From contig NC_069009.1 in NCBI RefSeq assembly GCF_001194135.2, positions 5,196,849-5,245,877 on the forward strand: a stretch of 49,029 nucleotides of DNA, given 5' to 3'. Positions 46,431-49,029 of this stretch are shown piece after piece. Position 1 is the first letter of the stretch, and each line of letters starts with the position of its first letter. The notes beneath the pieces are model-generated. The model saw only the letters and a program-made list of their open reading frames with translations, had not been told where the DNA came from and did no database searches. The translations under genes and the position numbers were made by a program. The DNA comes from Octopus bimaculoides (lineage: Eukaryota).

Positions 46431-46593
46431 GACGGGCTTCTCTCGGTTTCCATCTACCAAATCCACTGACAAGGATTTGGTTGGTCCAAGGCTATAGTAG
46501 AAGACACTTGCTCAAGGTGCCATCCAGTAGGACTGAACCTGGAACCATGTGGTTGGTAAGCAAGCTTTTTACCACACAGCCACGCCTGCACCT
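46431..46593 (-). mobile_element. SINE family A head
   Basis: gacgggcttc...accacacagccacgcctgcacct. Confidence 0.88.
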
Positions 46594-48169
46594 ATATATA
46601 TATATATATATATATATNNNNNNNNNNNNNNNNNNNNNNNNNNNNNNNNNNNNNNNNNNNNNNNNNNNNNNNNNNNNNNNNNNNNNNNNNNNNNNNNNNN
46701 NNNNNNNNNNNNNNNNNNNNNNNNNNNNNNNNNNNNNNNNNNNNNNNNNNNNNNNNNNNNNNNNNNNNNNNNNNNNNNNNNNNNNNNNNNNNNNNNNNNN
46801 NNNNNNNNNNNNNNNNNNNNNNNNNNNNNNNNNNNNNNNNNNNNNNNNNNNNNNNNNNNNNNNNNNNNNNNNNNNNNNNNNNNNNNNNNNNNNNNNNNNN
46901 NNNNNNNNNNNNNNNNNNNNNNNNNNNNNNNNNNNNNNNNNNNNNNNNNNNNNNNNNNNNNNNNNNNNNNNNNNNNNNNNNNNNNNNNNNNNNNNNNNNN
47001 NNNNNNNNNNNNNNNNNNNNNNNNNNNNNNNNNNNNNNNNNNNNNNNNNNNNNNNNNNNNNNNNNNNNNNNNNNNNNNNNNNNNNNNNNNNNNNNNNNNN
47101 NNNNNNNNNNNNNNNNNNNNNNNNNNNNNNNNNNNNNNNNNNNNNNNNNNNNNNNNNNNNNNNNNNNNNNNNNNNNNNNNNNNNNNNNNNNNNNNNNNNN
47201 NNNNNNNNNNNNNNNNNNNNNNNNNNNNNNNNNNNNNNNNNNNNNNNNNNNNNNNNNNNNNNNNNNNNNNNNNNNNNNNNNNNNNNNNNNNNNNNNNNNN
47301 NNNNNNNNNNNNNNNNNNNNNNNNNNNNNNNNNNNNNNNNNNNNNNNNNNNNNNNNNNNNNNNNNNNNNNNNNNNNNNNNNNNNNNNNNNNNNNNNNNNN
47401 NNNNNNNNNNNNNNNNNNNNNNNNNNNNNNNNNNNNNNNNNNNNNNNNNNNNNNNNNNNNNNNNNNNNNNNNNNNNNNNNNNNNNNNNNNNNNNNNNNNN
47501 NNNNNNNNNNNNNNNNNNNNNNNNNNNNNNNNNNNNNNNNNNNNNNNNNNNNNNNNNNCACCACCACCACCACCACCATCACCACCATCACCACCACCAT
47601 CACCACTACCATCACCACTACCATCACTACCACTAACATCATCACCACCATCACTACCACCAACACCACCACCACCACCACCAACATCACCACCACCATC
47701 ACCACCACTACCACCAACACCACCATCTTCTCTGTGATATTTCACCACAGATATTTCTCTAAGTGAGCAGCTGTGACTCTTGCTTCCTTTTACGGAAAAT
47801 ACTAAAACAAAAACAAAACAAAACAAAAAACCCAGAACAAAACAAAACAATAGAACAAAAATTTTTAACAAGTACAAAAACAACAAAAAGAAATCTCAAA
47901 GCAAAACAGAACAGTTAAATAAGAAAGGCAAGAGAACAACTCCCAGCTCCACGCCATTGTACTTTGTGAATTCGTTAGTTTTCTCCTCTGAAACTTCTAA
48001 CTAAGCATTTTCTTTCTCTGTCAGAGAAAGAAAAGACAAAAGACAAAGAAAAGTAAGAATATAAGAGAAAGCGTGATAAAAGAGAAAAGATTATGGTAAC
48101 TTAACATTTGGTAGAATATAAGACAGAGAAATTATGGCTTTTTATCCTCTGCTAATTTTTATACATTTC

Positions 48170-48401
48170 ATATATTCATACATACACACATACATACATG
48201 CACACACAAACATGCATACATACATACACACATACATACACACAAACACACGCACACATACATACATACATACATACACACACATACATACATATACACA
48301 CATACATACATACATACATACATACGTACATACATACATACATACACACACACACATACATACATACATACATTCATACATACATACACACATACATACA
48401 T

Positions 48402-48432
<31 letters not shown>

Positions 48433-48604
48433 TACATACATACATACATACACATACATACACACACATACATACACACACATGCATGCATACATACATA
48501 CACACATACATGCACACACATACACACATATACACACACATACATACATACACACATACATACATACACACATGCATGTATACACACATACATACACACA
48601 CATG

Positions 48605-48647
<43 letters not shown>

Positions 48648-48655
48648 GTATATAT
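48170..48655. repeat. (TACA)n/(CA)n compound microsatellite
   Basis: Direct inspection; source of the HTYI/VCMY pseudo-ORFs. Confidence 0.97.
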
Positions 48656-49029
48656 ATATTTGTGCGTGTGTTTATTTTCATTTTAAGAAATTATGAACAT
48701 ATATTTTTCGTTCGTTGCTTGTTTTCTTTCCGTTTCTGTTTTTTATTTAGTTTTTTTTAATAAATTTTTTTATTTTTCCATTTGGTGATTTTATGTTTCT
48801 TTTAAATTTCAGCTCAAAATTTTCACGAAAGGAAGAGAGAAATGCTGAAAATGTATATATGTGTGTATATATAAATAAATGCATATGTATATGTATGTAT
48901 GTATGTATGTATGGATGGATGGATGGATGGATGGATAAATAAATGCATATGTATGTATGTGTGTGTATATATGCATACATACACACGCACACATACACAT
49001 GTATATATATATATATAGAGAGAGAGAGA

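Larger units (their letters stand above)
616..47558. other. 18 assembly gaps (N runs), about 6.6 kb total
   Basis: N runs at 616-1388, 6818-6978, 11845-12253, 15796-16251, 17403-17958, 18550-19119, 20180-20189, 22629-22645, 23940-24236, 27132-27164, 28956-29712, 32976-33093, 35694-35822, 37312-37585, 39370-39591, 43179-43544, 45536-46075, 46618-47558; most abut microsatellites or tandem repeats. Confidence 0.99.

Noticed and set aside
1389-46593. Naming SINE families A-C as the published octopus OK/OR1/OR2 SINEs
   Set aside because: Plausible but cannot be verified without consensus sequences; neutral labels are used.
555-47886. Long ORFs made mostly of X
   Set aside because: They only span N gaps.
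14171-48760. Poly-H/T/V/I/L/P and HTYI/VCMY ORFs (e.g. 14171-14713, 34402-34926, 42029-43972, 48134-48760)
   Set aside because: Translations of di-, tri- and tetranucleotide repeats, open in several frames on both strands, with no domain content.

Overview
Eukaryotic, AT-rich, repeat-saturated scaffold segment with 18 assembly gaps (about 6.6 kb of N). The SINE families and the microsatellite load suggest a coleoid cephalopod, most likely Octopus; this is an inference and no database was searched. No complete protein-coding gene, rRNA, bona fide tRNA or CRISPR array is supported, and nearly all long ORFs in the track are microsatellite or N-gap artefacts. The window contains: (i) more than 20 copies or fragments of a tRNA-headed SINE with an internal (TA/TG)n tract (family A) plus two other tRNA-SINE families (B, C); (ii) decayed Tc1/mariner transposases (one DD41D rosa-type, two mariner-type, one 3' end); (iii) LINE fragments (RTE with a PHD-like finger, two R4/Dong-like pieces, a Penelope-like YRDD RT piece); (iv) a tandem array of Helentron/DINE-1-like elements; (v) several TE-derived minisatellites. 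The most interesting signals are structured-RNA ones: three hammerhead-ribozyme-like motifs on the minus strand, one of them fused in inverted orientation to a tRNA-Ser-like Pol III head; a repeated hairpin plus H-type pseudoknot module in an RTE-like non-autonomous element; a 159-bp ungapped foldback; and a near-identical local inverted duplication. A few isolated candidate exons suggest the window may be intronic to a large gene.
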